DNA of 64,000 nt from Protoeuglena noctilucae (lineage: Eukaryota), in assembly GCA_958009085.1 (NCBI GenBank), contig OY253671.1:248001-312000 (forward strand). The letters run 5' to 3'. The position numbers and the translations under genes were made by a program. How positions within the stretch are numbered: position 1 is the stretch's first letter; every line of letters begins with the position of its first letter. Below the pieces are notes generated by a model. The model did not search any database and was not told the DNA's origin. It saw only the letters and a program-made list of their open reading frames with translations. This document shows, piece after piece, positions 1-12,842 of this stretch.

Positions 1-70
1 CGCTGCGACCTGCCTTGGCACCATGCAGCCGCCCCGTCCACCGCCCCCGCTCCCGCCCCCTTACCTGCAG

Positions 71-3000
71 AACCTGCGCATCAAGAACGAGGAGGTGCAG
101 CGCGCGCTCAGCGACATCGTGGGCCTCCTCGACTCCTACCCCCGCGAGAACACCTCCACCTCGATCCCCCAGTCGGACGTCAACGAGCTCCGGCGCTTCT
201 ACTCGCGCCAGATGTACGAGTCGGTGCTGAAGGCGACCAAGATCGCCTTCTCCGCGATGAAGGAGCGCCTGGCGGGCACGGCCTCGGCCGGTTTCCTGTT
301 CGTGGACCGCCCGTTCTTTGACGTCGACGTCGAGCTCGCCGTGCCCAACATCACGCTCAGCCCGTCCCTGGAGGACATCCAGGTGGCCATCAACGTGACG
401 GCCAAGGAGGTCCTGGCTTGCTCCAAGGAGATCCAGGCCTGGGGGCCCGACTACCCCCCCAACAGCGCTTTCTTTGAGAAGCTGGCCGCAGACCGCGAGA
501 TCGTCGTCTCGGTGCTGCTGCTCACCGGCTCCGTCGAGAGCCTCAAGAAGGAGGTCAGGCGAGTGACGCGCGTGCCCTTGTGCAGTCAGCCACTGTTGTG
601 CGGTGCGGGGGGTGCGTGGCGGTGACCGGTGCTTCCCGAGACGCTCGCTTGGGCCATGCTGCGCCCGCTCTCTCTACGCCGCCGCTTTGGGAACGTGCCG
701 CGCTAAGGCCGCATGCTTCTGCCGGCACACGCCAGGGAGCTGCTTCACAAGCAGCTCGGTCATGCTGCCCTCGTGTTGCACCGACGCCTCGTGACGGCCC
801 TCTCCGCTCGGCCCGCAGGAGCTACCTGTCGATGTTTGACCGCTTCTCGTTCCTGTGGAAGACGGACATGCAGGCCGAGTACGACAAGTTCATGAAGACC
901 AACCCGTCCTTGGAGGCGGTGGAGGTGGAGCTGAAGAAGTACGACGACATTGAGCAGCAGATCACGGTCGTGGCCCCCGTCCACAACATCGGGTGCCTCT
1001 CCATCGAGACCACGCGCCTCAAGACGGCCCTCAGGTGCGGCGGCGGCAGTGTTGGCCGGCGTGCCTGCAAGTTGCGGTCCCGAGTCGGCCCGTACGCAGT
1101 GCCGGGCCGGTAGCGGCAGCCAGCGCGGTGCGTGCCTGGGTTCAAACTCAAACCCTTTCCGCTCCGCCGCTGCGTTTCGCAGGCAGGAGGCTGCGCAGTG
1201 GAAGGCCAAGTTCTCTCAGAACCTGCACGACCAGGCCCAGAAGCAGCTGGACGCGTTCATGGACTACGTGGGCCAGTCGATGAAGCAGCTGGAGAGCTAC
1301 CAGAAGAAGATCACGAAGCTCGACCTGGACGACGTGCGCAACGTCATGATGCTGCTCAACGAGGTCCGCGAGCGCGAGGCCGACATCGACAACACGATTC
1401 TGCCAATCGAGGACATGTACAACCTGCTCAACCGCTTCAACGTCCCGGTGGACAAGGAGGAGCAGGACCAGGTGGCGGACCTGAACTACTCGTGGGAGAA
1501 GCTCCGGAGGCTCGCGGGCGACGTGGCGGACCGGCTGACGGAGCTGCAGGGCGGCTACAAGCTCGACCTCATCACGCACGTGCGCGAGTTCGTAGCCGAC
1601 GTTGCCAAGTTCCGCGAGAGCTGGGAGCGCGACGGGCCCATGGTCGAGGGCCTGGACCCGATGGAGGCCAACAACAAGCTCAACCAGTTCCGCCCCATCT
1701 TCGAGGCGAAGCGGACCAAGTGGCTGCGGTACCAGCAGGGCGAGGAGGTGTTCGGGCTTCCGGTGACCAAGTACCCCGAGCTGGAGCAGACGGAGAAGGA
1801 GATCGAGAACCTGGCGAAGCTGCACGGGCTGTACGTGGAGGTGGTGGAGACGATGGAGCGGTACGGCAGCATGCTGTGGGTCGACGTGGTGGAGCGGCTG
1901 CAGGAGCTGAGCGAGACGGTGGTACTGTTCCAATCCAAGTCGAACAAGCTCCCGAAGGGGTCGCTGCGGACGTGGCCGGCGTACACGGACTGCCGGAAGC
2001 TGATCGACGACATGATGGGCGTCATGCCGCTCCTGGAGGCGCTGGCGAGCAAGGACATCCGCGACCGCCACTGGGAGGAGCTCCAGCGCATCTGCAACAA
2101 GAAGCTCAACCTGGCCGAGGACGTGCTCAAGCTGAAGGACCTGCTCGACTGCCGCCTCCTCGACCACCAGGAGGACATGGAGGACATGGTTTCTGGCGCC
2201 AGCAAGGAGGCGACGATCGAGAAGAAGCTCGCGGCGATCGACAGCGAGTGGTCGGCGCTCGAGCTCGTCTTCGCGACGTACCGCCAGCGCGGCGAGGTCG
2301 TGCTGAGTGTGTCCGACACGGCCGACCTCATTGAAAAGCTGGAGGAGGCCCAGATGAACCTGCAGGGCATGGCGACCAACCGCTACTCGCAGCCCTTCCG
2401 CGAGAGCGTGCACGAGTGGGTCGTCAAGCTCTCCACCGTGTCGGAGGTCATCGAGCAGTGGCTCACCGTGCAGAACCTCTGGACGTCGCTGGAGGTGGTG
2501 TTCGACGGCGGGGACATCGTCAAGTCGCTGCCGCAGGAGGCCAAGCGGTTCAAGACCATCGACGCGGCCTTCATGAAGGTGCGCGGGGGTCACGCGAGCC
2601 CCACCGCTGGCTGCGCTGCGCTGCAATGCAGGCGGCACGATGGACACACCTGGCCCCGCCCAGCGGGCTGCAGAGGTCGCGGATGCCTAACGTCGCTTCC
2701 CGCCCTCCTCCGCAGGTGGTGGCGACGGCGCAAGAGAACAAGAGCGTCATCGAGACGTGTTTCACGAACGAGACGCTCAAGAGCATGCTGCCCAACATCT
2801 CCGAGCAGCTGGAGTTGTGCCAGAAGGCCCTGAGCAGCTACTTGGAGGACAAGCGTGCCGAGTTCCCTCGCTTCTACTTCGTTTCGGACGCGACGCTGCT
2901 GCAGGTGCTGTCGGTCGGGTCGGACCCCGAGAAGGTGCAGCCCCACTTCGAGTCGGGCCTCTTCGACGCCGTCTCGGCCATCACGTTCGACAAGAAGGAC

Positions 3001-6000
3001 AAGACGAAGATCATCGAGATGCAGTCGCGGCAGAAGGAGGTGGTCCCGATGGAGTACCCCGTCGACGCCACGGGTACGATCGAGGTCTGGCTCCAGCGCC
3101 TGGTGGACGGGATGAAGGACACGGTCAAGGCGATCATCAAGCGATCGACGCGCGACGTGGAGTCGCAGCAGCGCGACGAGTTCATCTTCGGCTTCCCGGC
3201 CCAGGTGGCGCTCCTGGGCATGCAGCTGCAGTGGACCGGGCAGGTGCAGTCGGCCCTGGTCTCCGCCAAGACGAAGAAGGACGTCATGAACCAGGCGCAG
3301 AAGCGCGTGGGGCAGGTGCTGTCCGAGATGATCATCCTGACGACGCGCGAGCTGTCGGGCAACCAGCGCACCAACCTCGAGACGGTCATCACCGTCTACG
3401 TCCACCAGCGCGACGTCACGGACGAGCTGGTCAAGAAGCGCATCCGCGACCCGACCGACTTCGAGTGGCTCAAGCAGGCGCGCTTCTACTGGCGCCCCGA
3501 GCAGGACACGGCTGTCATCTCCATCACCGACGCCGAGTTCGAGTACTCCTACGAGTACCTCGGGATCAAGGAGCGCCTCGTCATCACGCCCCTCACCGAC
3601 ATCTGCTACATCACGCTCGCCCAGGCCCTCAACATGTGCCTCGGCGGCGCCCCCGCCGGCCCCGCCGGGACGGGCAAGACCGAGACGACCAAGGACCTCG
3701 GCAACACGCTCGGCAAGTATGTGGTGGTGTTCAACTGCGGCGACCAGTTCGACTACATCTACATGGGCAAGATCTTCCGGGGCCTCGCCCAGTCCGGCCT
3801 CTGGGGCTGCTTCGACGAGTTCAACCGCATCAACCTCGACGTGCTGTCCGTCTGCGCACAGCAGATCCTCTGCGTCCTCACCGCCATCCGGGAGGGCAAG
3901 AAGCGATTCGTGTTCACCGGTGAGCGCCGCCGCGCGACGGCCTGCTGCTTGGAAGCGCTTGGAACACTGCGCCCACGCTTGCACCTGCCGGCGGTGCCGT
4001 GTTTGCTCACCCACGGCGTGTTGACCTGCTGACCTTGCTACCCCTGCGAGCCTCTTCACTTGTTGGCCCTATGATGCGCTTGGCCCTGCCCACCCTGCTT
4101 CCTCCGCTGGCCTCCTGCCAGCTGACCCGCAGCGCGTTCACCTGCCCCCCCCTCCCCCGCCCGCGCCCGCAGATGGCAAGGAGGTGGACCTGGATCCTCG
4201 GGTCGGCTACTTCATCACGATGAACCCGGGCTACGCTGGGCGCCAGGAGCTGCCCGAGAACCTCAAGTCGCTGTTCCGTGGCGTGACGATGATGGTGCCA
4301 GACCGGTCGATCATCATGCAAGTCAAGCTGGCAGCCTGCGGGTACCAGGAGAACAAGATGCTGTCCAAGAAGTTCTTCGTGCTGTACGGCCTCTGCGAGC
4401 AGCAGCTCTCCAAGCAGCGCCACTACGACTTCGGCCTGCGCAACATCTTGTCAGTGCTGCGTACCGCCGGCGCCTCCAAGCGCGCCAACCCGGGCAAGAC
4501 CGAGGACTTCCTCATGATGCGCACGCTCCGCGACATGAACATGTCCAAGTTCGTCTCCGAGGACGTCCCGCTCTTCGAGTCCCTCATCTCCGACCTCTTT
4601 CCGACAGTCACCAACCCGGAGCGCGCGAGCTTCGACGACGTCGAGCGGGCGGTCAAGGAGGTGGCCACCGAGAACGGCCTGCAGCTGCACGGCAAGTGGC
4701 TCAAGAAGTGCACGCAGCTCTACGAGACGTACCTGGTGCGCCACGGCATCATGCTCGTCGGCCCCACCGGCGGCGGCAAGACGGCCATCGCCGAGACGCT
4801 CGCCGGCGCCCTATCCCGCGTCGACCGCAAGCACGTGATCCGCAAAATGAACCCGAAGGCCATCACGGCCCACGAGATGTTCGGGAAGCTGGACAACGCG
4901 ACGCAGGACTGGACTGACGGCGTCTTCTCCGTGCTGTGGCGGAGGGCCACGAAGGACTCCAAGTCCTTCAACACCTGGATCGTGCTCGACGGACCCGTGG
5001 ACGCCATCTGGATCGAGAACCTCAACACGGTGCTCGATGACAACAAGGTGACTTGCGAGCTTGGGAGATGCGCCCCGTCACTGGTGGCCTGCGATGTGTA
5101 ACCTGTGACATGGGACCTGTCACTCGTGGCCTGACTGTGTAGCTGCCTCACCGGCTCTCTCGCTCGCTGGCTTGTCGCTCGCTCGCTCGACCATTGGCGC
5201 TACCTGGCTCGAGTTTCCCCCTAGGCCTGCCAGCCCGCTCCGCCTTGCTGCGTCATGGCCCTTGCCTGGCCAGCCCAGCACGGCAGCTGCCACGCTGCCG
5301 CAGCCCTCTCACCACTAGTGCCCCCCGCGTCCCCCGCAGGTGCTGACGCTGTCCAACGGGGACCGCATCCTCATGACGCCGGAGATGAAGGCGATGTTTG
5401 AGCCTGAGAACCTCAACAACGCATCCCCGGCCACCGTGTCCCGTGCGGGCATCATCTACGTCTCCGACGACGAGCTGGGCTGGATGCCCATCGTGCAGTC
5501 GTGGCTGCGGGAGCGCGAGACCAAGTTCAACAGGCCCCAGGACCGGGAGAACCTCGAGCCGCTCTTCAAGCTCTACTTCGAGGACAAGGAGGTCAAGGAG
5601 CCGTCCAAGCCGGCCTACGTGATCCCGGGCCTGCCCAGCTTCGTGCGCACGGCCTGCAAGCCCGTCATCAGCAACCAGGACGTGTGCCTGGTGCAGTACG
5701 CTTTGGACTTGCTGGAGGCGATGCTGCGCAAGCCGGCCGAGGAGGGACGCCACCTCACGGCCGAGCAGTACGAGCGCCTCTTCCTCTACTGCGCCGCGTG
5801 GACGGTCGGCGCCAGCACGGGCGCCGCGGACCGCCCCCACGTGATGCACAAGCTGGCCGAGCTGGCGGAGCAGGGCAAGCGCCGCAAGCGCCACGCGCCC
5901 CTGCCTCGGCTGGAGGACCCCGAGGACACGCTGTTCGAGTACGTGGTGGACATGGAGAAGTTCGAGTGGGTCCACTGGGCCTCCAAGGTCCCCCAGTGGA

Positions 6001-9000
6001 AGTACCCCAAGGGCGTCGAGCGCCCCGAGTACGCGTCGCTGGTCATCCCGACGCTCGACTCGGTGCGCGTGCAGTACCTCATGCACGCGCTGTGCGGGGT
6101 CAAGGTCCGCGCGGGCGGGGAGGGCAGCAAGGGCCGCCCCGTGATGCTGGTGGGCGAGCCGGGGACCGCCAAGTCGACCGTCGTGACGTCGTTCATCCGG
6201 GAGCTCGACCCGGAGCGCCACACGTCCAAGATGATCACCTTCTCCTTCCTCACCAAACCCCGCATCTTCCAGACGGCGATCGAGTCGTCACTCGAGAAGA
6301 ATCCGGGCCGCATCTTCCGCCCGCCCGGCGGCAAGCAGATGGTGGTGTTCATCGATGACATCTCGATGCCCGAGGTGAACGAGTGGGGCGACCAGATCAC
6401 GAACGAGCTCGTGCGGCAGCTGTTGGAGGAGGACGGGTTCTACCAGCTGGAGAAGCCCATCGGCGACTTCAAGAAGGTCGAGCGCCTGTGGTACTTCGCG
6501 GCCATGAACACGCCCGGCGGGGGCAAAAACGACGTGCCCAACCGCCTCAAGCGGCAGTTCGCCATCATCAACGTCCCGCCGCCCTCGCGCGCCGCCATCA
6601 ACAACATCTTCGGCACCCTCGTGTCGGGCCGGTTTGACCCCAGCGCGTTCGACGCGTCGGTGGCCGAGGTGGCGGGCCGCCTGGTGCCCATGACCATCTC
6701 GCTGTGGAACGCCATCACGCGCAAGATGCTCCCCACGCCCGCCAAGTTCCACTACCTCTTCAACATCCGCGAGCTGTCCAAGGTCTTCCAGGGGGTCATC
6801 CTGGCCACCACCGAGCGGTTCCGGGCTAAGCCGGCGCAGGGCATCGTGCCCCTCGGCGGCGGCGCCGTCACCACGGCCGGCGGCTACCTCCTCGCGCTCT
6901 GGAAGCACGAGTGCGAGCGCGTGTTCGTGGACAAGCTCGTCAACGCCGACGACAAGGCCTGGGCCGAGAACAAGATCACCGAGCTGGCCGTGGAGGCCTT
7001 CGGGGCCGCGTCCGAGGAGGTGGCGCAGATCAAGGAGCCGGTCTACTTCGTCGACTGGCTCCGTGAGCCCGTGGAGGATCCCGAGACGGGAGAGATCCTC
7101 GACGCGCACCCCTCGTACTACGAGGCGGTGCGCGGGGGGCTGAAGGAGATCCGCGAGCGCGTGGAGAAGAAGCAGGGGGAGTTCAACGAGACGTCCCGGG
7201 GTCTCAAGATGGAGCTGGTGTACTTCGACGACGCGCTCATGCACCTGATGCGCATCACGCGGCTGCTGGCCATGGCGTGCGGCAACGGGCTGCTGGTGGG
7301 CGTGGGCGGGTCGGGCAAGCAGAGCCTGGCGCGCATGGCGGCGTACATCAGCGGGGCGTTCACGTTCCAGATCACCATCACCAAGACCTACAGCGAGAAC
7401 AACCTGTTCGACGACCTGAAGAACCTGTACAAGACGGCGGGCCTCAAGGGCAGCAAGGTGTGCTTCCTCTTCACGGACGCCGAGGTGAAGCGCGAGACGT
7501 TCCTCGAGTACATCAACCAGGTGCTGATGACGGGCGAGGTGGCCGGGCTCTTCCCGAAGGACGAGATGCAGGCCATCGTGGCCGACATACGCCCGGTGAT
7601 GAAGAAGATGTCGCCGCACACGGCCGACACGCCCGATAATCTGTGGAACTTCTTCATCAACCGCGTGCGCGAGAACCTCCACGTCATGCTGTGCTTCTCG
7701 CCGGTGGGCGTGAAGTTCAGCCGCCGCGCGCAGCAGTTCCCGGGGCTCATCAACGGCTGCACCATCGACTGGTTCATGCCGTGGCCCGAGGACGCGCTCG
7801 TGGCCGTGTCCGGCAAGTTCATCGGCGACTTCGCGATGGCCTGCGACGACAAGGTCAAGCGGTCGCTGCAGCGCATGATGGGCGGCGTGCACGTCCGCGT
7901 CACCAAGGCCTGCACCGAGTACTTCGAGCGGTTCCGGCGCCACGTCTACGTGTCGCCCAAGTCGTACCTGTCGTTCGTGAACGGGTACAAGGACCTGTAC
8001 GCCGCCAAGTGGAAGCACGTGATGAGCCTGGCCAGCGCCATCAACGCGGGGTTGCAGAAGATGAAGGAGGCGAAGCAGGACGTGGACAAGCTCAAGGAGG
8101 AGCTCAAGGTCATGAACAAGGAGGTGGAGGTCAAGTCGCGGCAGGTCAAGGAGCTGCTGCAGACCATCTCGGAAAAGACGACCATCGCGGAAAAAGAGAA
8201 GCAGAAGGCGAACGCGATCGCCGACGCGGCCAACAAGCAGGCGACGGAGATCGCGGCGCAGGAGGCCGAGGCGAACCGCGACCTGGCCGCGGCCGAGCCG
8301 GCGCTGCAGGAGGCCGAGCGCGCCGCGTCCTCGATCGACCCGGCCGACGTTAAGAAGGTCATGGGCATCCGCCCGGCGCCGCCGTCGCTCGTCAAGCGCG
8401 TGTTCGACTGCGTGCTCCTCCTCAAGCACAACCGCGTGGCCTCGCCGCTCCAGTACGAGATGAACGACAAGGTCAAGACGCTCGAAATGGATGGCACGGT
8501 CTCCAAGGCCACGGTCGCCACGGAGGTGCCGGTCGCGTCGTGGGACGAGTCGATGCGCCTGGACCCCGGCAAGGTGCCCGAGGACATCACCTCCTTCCTG
8601 GAGCGCGGGTACATCAACGACGAGGTCATCGAGCTCATGTACCCGTACGTGCGCACGGAGGACTTCTGGCCGCTCATCGCCAAGGGCTCCGCGAACGCCC
8701 TCGAGGGCATCTGCGGCTGGGCGCGCGCCATGGTCAAGTACTACAACGTGGCCAAGGTGGTGGAGCCCAAGCGCGAGGCGCTGCGTAAGGCGCAGAACCA
8801 GCTCAAGGCGGCGATGAAGGAGAAGGCGACCGCGGACGCGACGCTCGCGGAGGTGCAGGCGCAGGTGGACGCGCTGCAGCGGCAGTACGACCAGGCGATG
8901 AAGGAGAAGGGCGAGCTGGAGGACCAGGCCAACATGTGCGAGCGCAAGATGGACGCCGCCGCGAACCTAATCGGGGCGCTGTCCGGCGAGGAGGCGCGGT

Positions 9001-12000
9001 GGAACAAGCAGAGCGCCGAGTTCGACGACACGATCCAGCGCCTGGCCGGCGACTGCGCGCTGGCGTCGGCGTTCGTGTCGTACCTGGGCCCCTTCAACAA
9101 GGAGTTCCGCGACCTGCTGCTCAAGCGCGAGTTCTACAAGGACTGCCTCGAGAAGAACATCCCCGTGACCAAGAACATGAACGCCACGCAGTTCCTGGTG
9201 GACGACGCCGAGGTCGGCGAGTGGAACCTCGACGGCCTGCCCACGGACGAGCTGTCGGTGCAGAACGGCATCATGGTGACGCGGGCGTCGCGGTATCCGG
9301 TGCTGATCGACCCCCAGGGCCAGGGCAAGGCGTGGATCAAGAATCGCGAGGCGCGCAACCAGCTGGTGGTCACGACCATCACCGACAAGTACTTCCGCAA
9401 CCAGCTCGAGGAGTGCATGTCGGAGGGCAAGCCGCTGCTGATCGAGAACATCGAGGAGGAGCTGGACCCGGTTTTGGACCCCGTGTTGGAGCGCCGGATC
9501 ATCAAGAAGGGCCGTTCGATGATCATCCAGCTTGCCGACAAGGAGGTGGAGTTCGACCCGCTCTTCCGCCTTTTCTGCACCACGCGCCTCCCCTCGCCGC
9601 ACTTCAGCCCCGAGCTGAGCGCCAAGGTGACGGTGGTGGACTTCACGGTCACGCTCGAGGGCCTCGAGGACCAGCTGCTGGGCAAGCTCATCCTGAAGGA
9701 GCGGTCGGAGCTGGAGGAGCAGCGGAAGAACCTATTGGTCGAGGTGAACGACTACAAGAAGAACATTAAGCAGCTGGAGGAGTCGCTGTTGTACCGGCTG
9801 TCCAACTCCCAGGGCAACCTGCTGGACGACACGGAGCTCATCGACGTGCTTGCCAACACCAAGAAGACGTCGCAGGAGGTCAACACGAAGCTGCAGGTCG
9901 CGAGTGAGACGAACGAGAAGATCACGGAGGCCTGCGAGGAGTTCCGCCCCGTGGCGCACCGCGCCGCGCTCATCTACTTCCTCATCGCCGAGTTCTCGAC
10001 GGTCAACCGCATGTACCAGACGTCGCTGAGCCAGTTCGAGGAGCTCTACGACCACGGCATCGACCGGTCGGAGAAGGCCGTGATGCCGAGCAAGCGCATC
10101 AAGAACATCATAGACTACTTGACCTACTCGGTGTTCCTCTACATCCAGCGCGGGCTCTTCGAGCGGCACAAGATGATCTTCGCGCTCATGCTCACCAACA
10201 AGATCCTCGTGTCCGCGGGCGAGATCAAGCAGGCCGAGGTGAACATCTTCCTTAAAGGCGGCTCGGAGCTCGACATCAACTCGGTGCGCGTGCAGAAGCC
10301 GTCCGGGAAGGGGAAGGGCGGCGAGTCGTGGATCTCCGACACGGTCTGGCTCAACCTCGTGGCCCTGTCCGAGATGCGGGCCTTCTCGGACCAGTCGGGC
10401 ACAGGCACCAAGGGCATCCTGGACTCGGTGCGCCAGAACGAGCAGCTGTGGAACGCGTGGTACGACAAGGAGGCCCCGGAGGCCGAGCAGCTCCCCGAGT
10501 ACGCCAACCACATTTCGAGCTTCGAGCGCATGTGCCTGGTGAAGGCGTTCCGCGAGGACCGCACGCTCATCGCGGCCGAGGAGTACATCGCGGAGGCGCT
10601 GGGGCGGCAGTTCGTGGAGAGCGTGCCGCTGAACCTGGAGAAGGCCTGGGAGGAGTCGGCGGCCAGCGTCCCGCTCATCTGCATCCTCAGCCGCGGCGCC
10701 GACCCGACCAAGCTCATCTCGGACCTCGCGCGCAAGAAGAAGAAGGAGATCCTGGGCGTGTCGATGGGCCAGGGCCAGGAGATCATCGCGCGCGGGCACA
10801 TGAAGACGGCCACGGAGGAGGGCCACTGGGTGCTGTTACAGAACACGCACCTGGGCTTGAAGTACCTCAGCGAGGTCGAGGAGCTGCTGGTCAAGGAGTT
10901 GGACAAGTTCCACCCCGAGTTCCGCCTCTGGATCACCGCGGAGCCCACGGATGGGTTCCCGATCGGCCTGCTGCAGCTGTCGATCAAGATCACGTCGGAG
11001 GCGCCCATGGGCATCAAGGCCGGCATGCGGTCGAGCTACCAGTGGGTGTCCCAGGACATGCTGGAGGCCGTGCCGCGGCAGGAGTGGCGCCAGCTGCTGT
11101 ACATCATGTGCTACGTGCACTCGATCGTGCAGGAGCGCCGCAAGTTCGGCCCCATCGGCTGGAACATTCCCTACGAGTTCAACCAGTCGGACCTGTCCGC
11201 GTGCGTCCAGTTCCTCCAGAACCACCTGCTGGAGATGGAGGGCAAGAAGGCCTCGCAGCCCACCTGGGAGACGGTGCGGTACATGATCTCGGTCATCATG
11301 TACGGCGGGCGCATCACGGACGACTTCGACCAGCTCCTGATGAACACGTACGCCGACCGGTACTTCAACCAGGCCGCCATGGCCGTCGGCTACGAGCTGT
11401 TCAAGGACGTCAAGGCAGGGTTCAGCTACGTGGTCCCGGACTCCACGGAAATCGAGCCCTTCCGCGCCGCCATCGAGCTCTTCCCGTCCCAGGACAGCCC
11501 GGAGATCTTCGGCCTGCACTCGAACGCGGACCTGACCTTCCGCACGATCCAGGTCAACGACGTGATCAACACGATCATCGACACGATGCCCAAGGCGGGC
11601 GGCGGGTCGGGCGGGGAGTCGCGGGAGGACAAGGTGGACCGCCTCTGCCAGGACCGGCTCGAGAAGGTGCCGCCCGTGTTCGAGCGGGAGGACATGATCA
11701 AGAAGATCTCGAAGCTGGGCGAGCGCGAGCCGCTCACCGTGCACCTGCGCCAGGAGATCGACCGGCTCAACATCGTCATCAACCTGACGCGCAAGACGCT
11801 CCAGAACCTCCGCCTGGCCATCGCGGGCACCATCATCCTCTCCCCGGACCTCGTCGAGGCCCTCAACTCCCTCTACGACGGCCGCGTCCCTCCCATGTGG
11901 GTCGGGATGTCCTGGGAGTCTTCGGGCATGGGAACGTGGTTCTCGGGCCTCATCAACCGCTACGAGCAGCTCCGCCGGTGGCTCGACAACGGCCGGCCCA

Positions 12001-12452
12001 AGTCCTACTGGCTCACGGGCTTCTTCAACCCCCAGGGCTTCCTCACCGCCGCGCTGCAGGAGGTCACGCGCGCGCACGCGAAGACCAAGGACAAGTGGGC
12101 GCTGGACGACGTCGTCATGGAGTCGCAGTGCACGGGCAAGAAGGTCGAGTCCCTCGGCGCCGCGCCCCAGGAGGGCGTCTACGTGCACGGGCTCTTCCTG
12201 GACGGCTGCGCCTGGTCCGACCGCGACGGCCGGCTGGTCGACGCCGAGCAGAAGAAGATCGTCAACCCGCTCCCGGTGCTCCACGTCACCGGGACCGTGT
12301 CCAAGAAGCGCGAGGGGACCTACCAGTGCCCCACGTACCGCGTCAAGAAGCGGACCGGGCTCAACTACATCACCAAGTTCGACCTCCGCACGGACGACCC
12401 GGTGTCCAAGTGGATCCTCCGAGGCGTCGCTCTGCTCTGCTCCATCGATTAG
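71..12452 (+). CDS. ODA2: Axonemal outer-arm dynein heavy chain, gamma type (DNAH5/8 class); 5' partial. Exons 71-558, 819-1034, 1183-2578, 2716-3919, 4173-5047, 5340-12452
   Basis: AAA1 motif GGAPAGPAGTGKTETTKDLGNTLGKYVVVFNC..GLAQSGLWGCFDEFNRINLDVLSV; FITMNPGYAGRQELPENLK; P-loops GPTGGGKT, GEPGTAKS and GVGGSGKQS; coiled-coil stalk; C-terminus WILRGVALLCSID*. Exons join in frame at GT/GC-AG sites. Confidence 0.93.
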
Positions 12453-12842
12453 AAGAGCCGCGGGCGCTCGCCGGGATCAGCGGCGCGTGCCGCAGCGCGT
12501 GCCGCACGGCGCCGGCCGATGCGCTATGTTTTGCCAACTGTCCTTGCCATACCCTCCGCCCCTTTTAGGAAAGGATCAGTAGCAGCACTTCACAGTCTAC
12601 CGCCCGTTTCGCAGGCGCGGCCATTGAAACGACTAGCACATCACCGATTTTGTCTGCCACAGATGTGACGATGCCACCTCGGTGGCAACGCAACATGCAG
12701 CCCGGCCCGTAATCACATCCCATTCAACCTTCCTGGCAACCCACGTAGGTCCACACAGGTAAGTCCGCCTCAGCGCCACTCAACACTCCCACTTCATGCC
12801 AAGCGAGAGCGTCTCTCACTGCGCATTGTGACCCAGCATACC

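Noticed and set aside
1148..12284. Long antisense and alternate-frame ORFs over the dynein gene (e.g. 6288-8429, 10328-12568, 10836-12284)
   Set aside because: Shadow ORFs expected from extreme G/C third-position bias; no independent protein motifs.
12450..12452. Ulvophyte/ciliate-type genetic code (TAA and TAG = Gln)
   Set aside because: TAG is the terminator at the expected C-termini of dynein, UBA3 and the ArfGAP.
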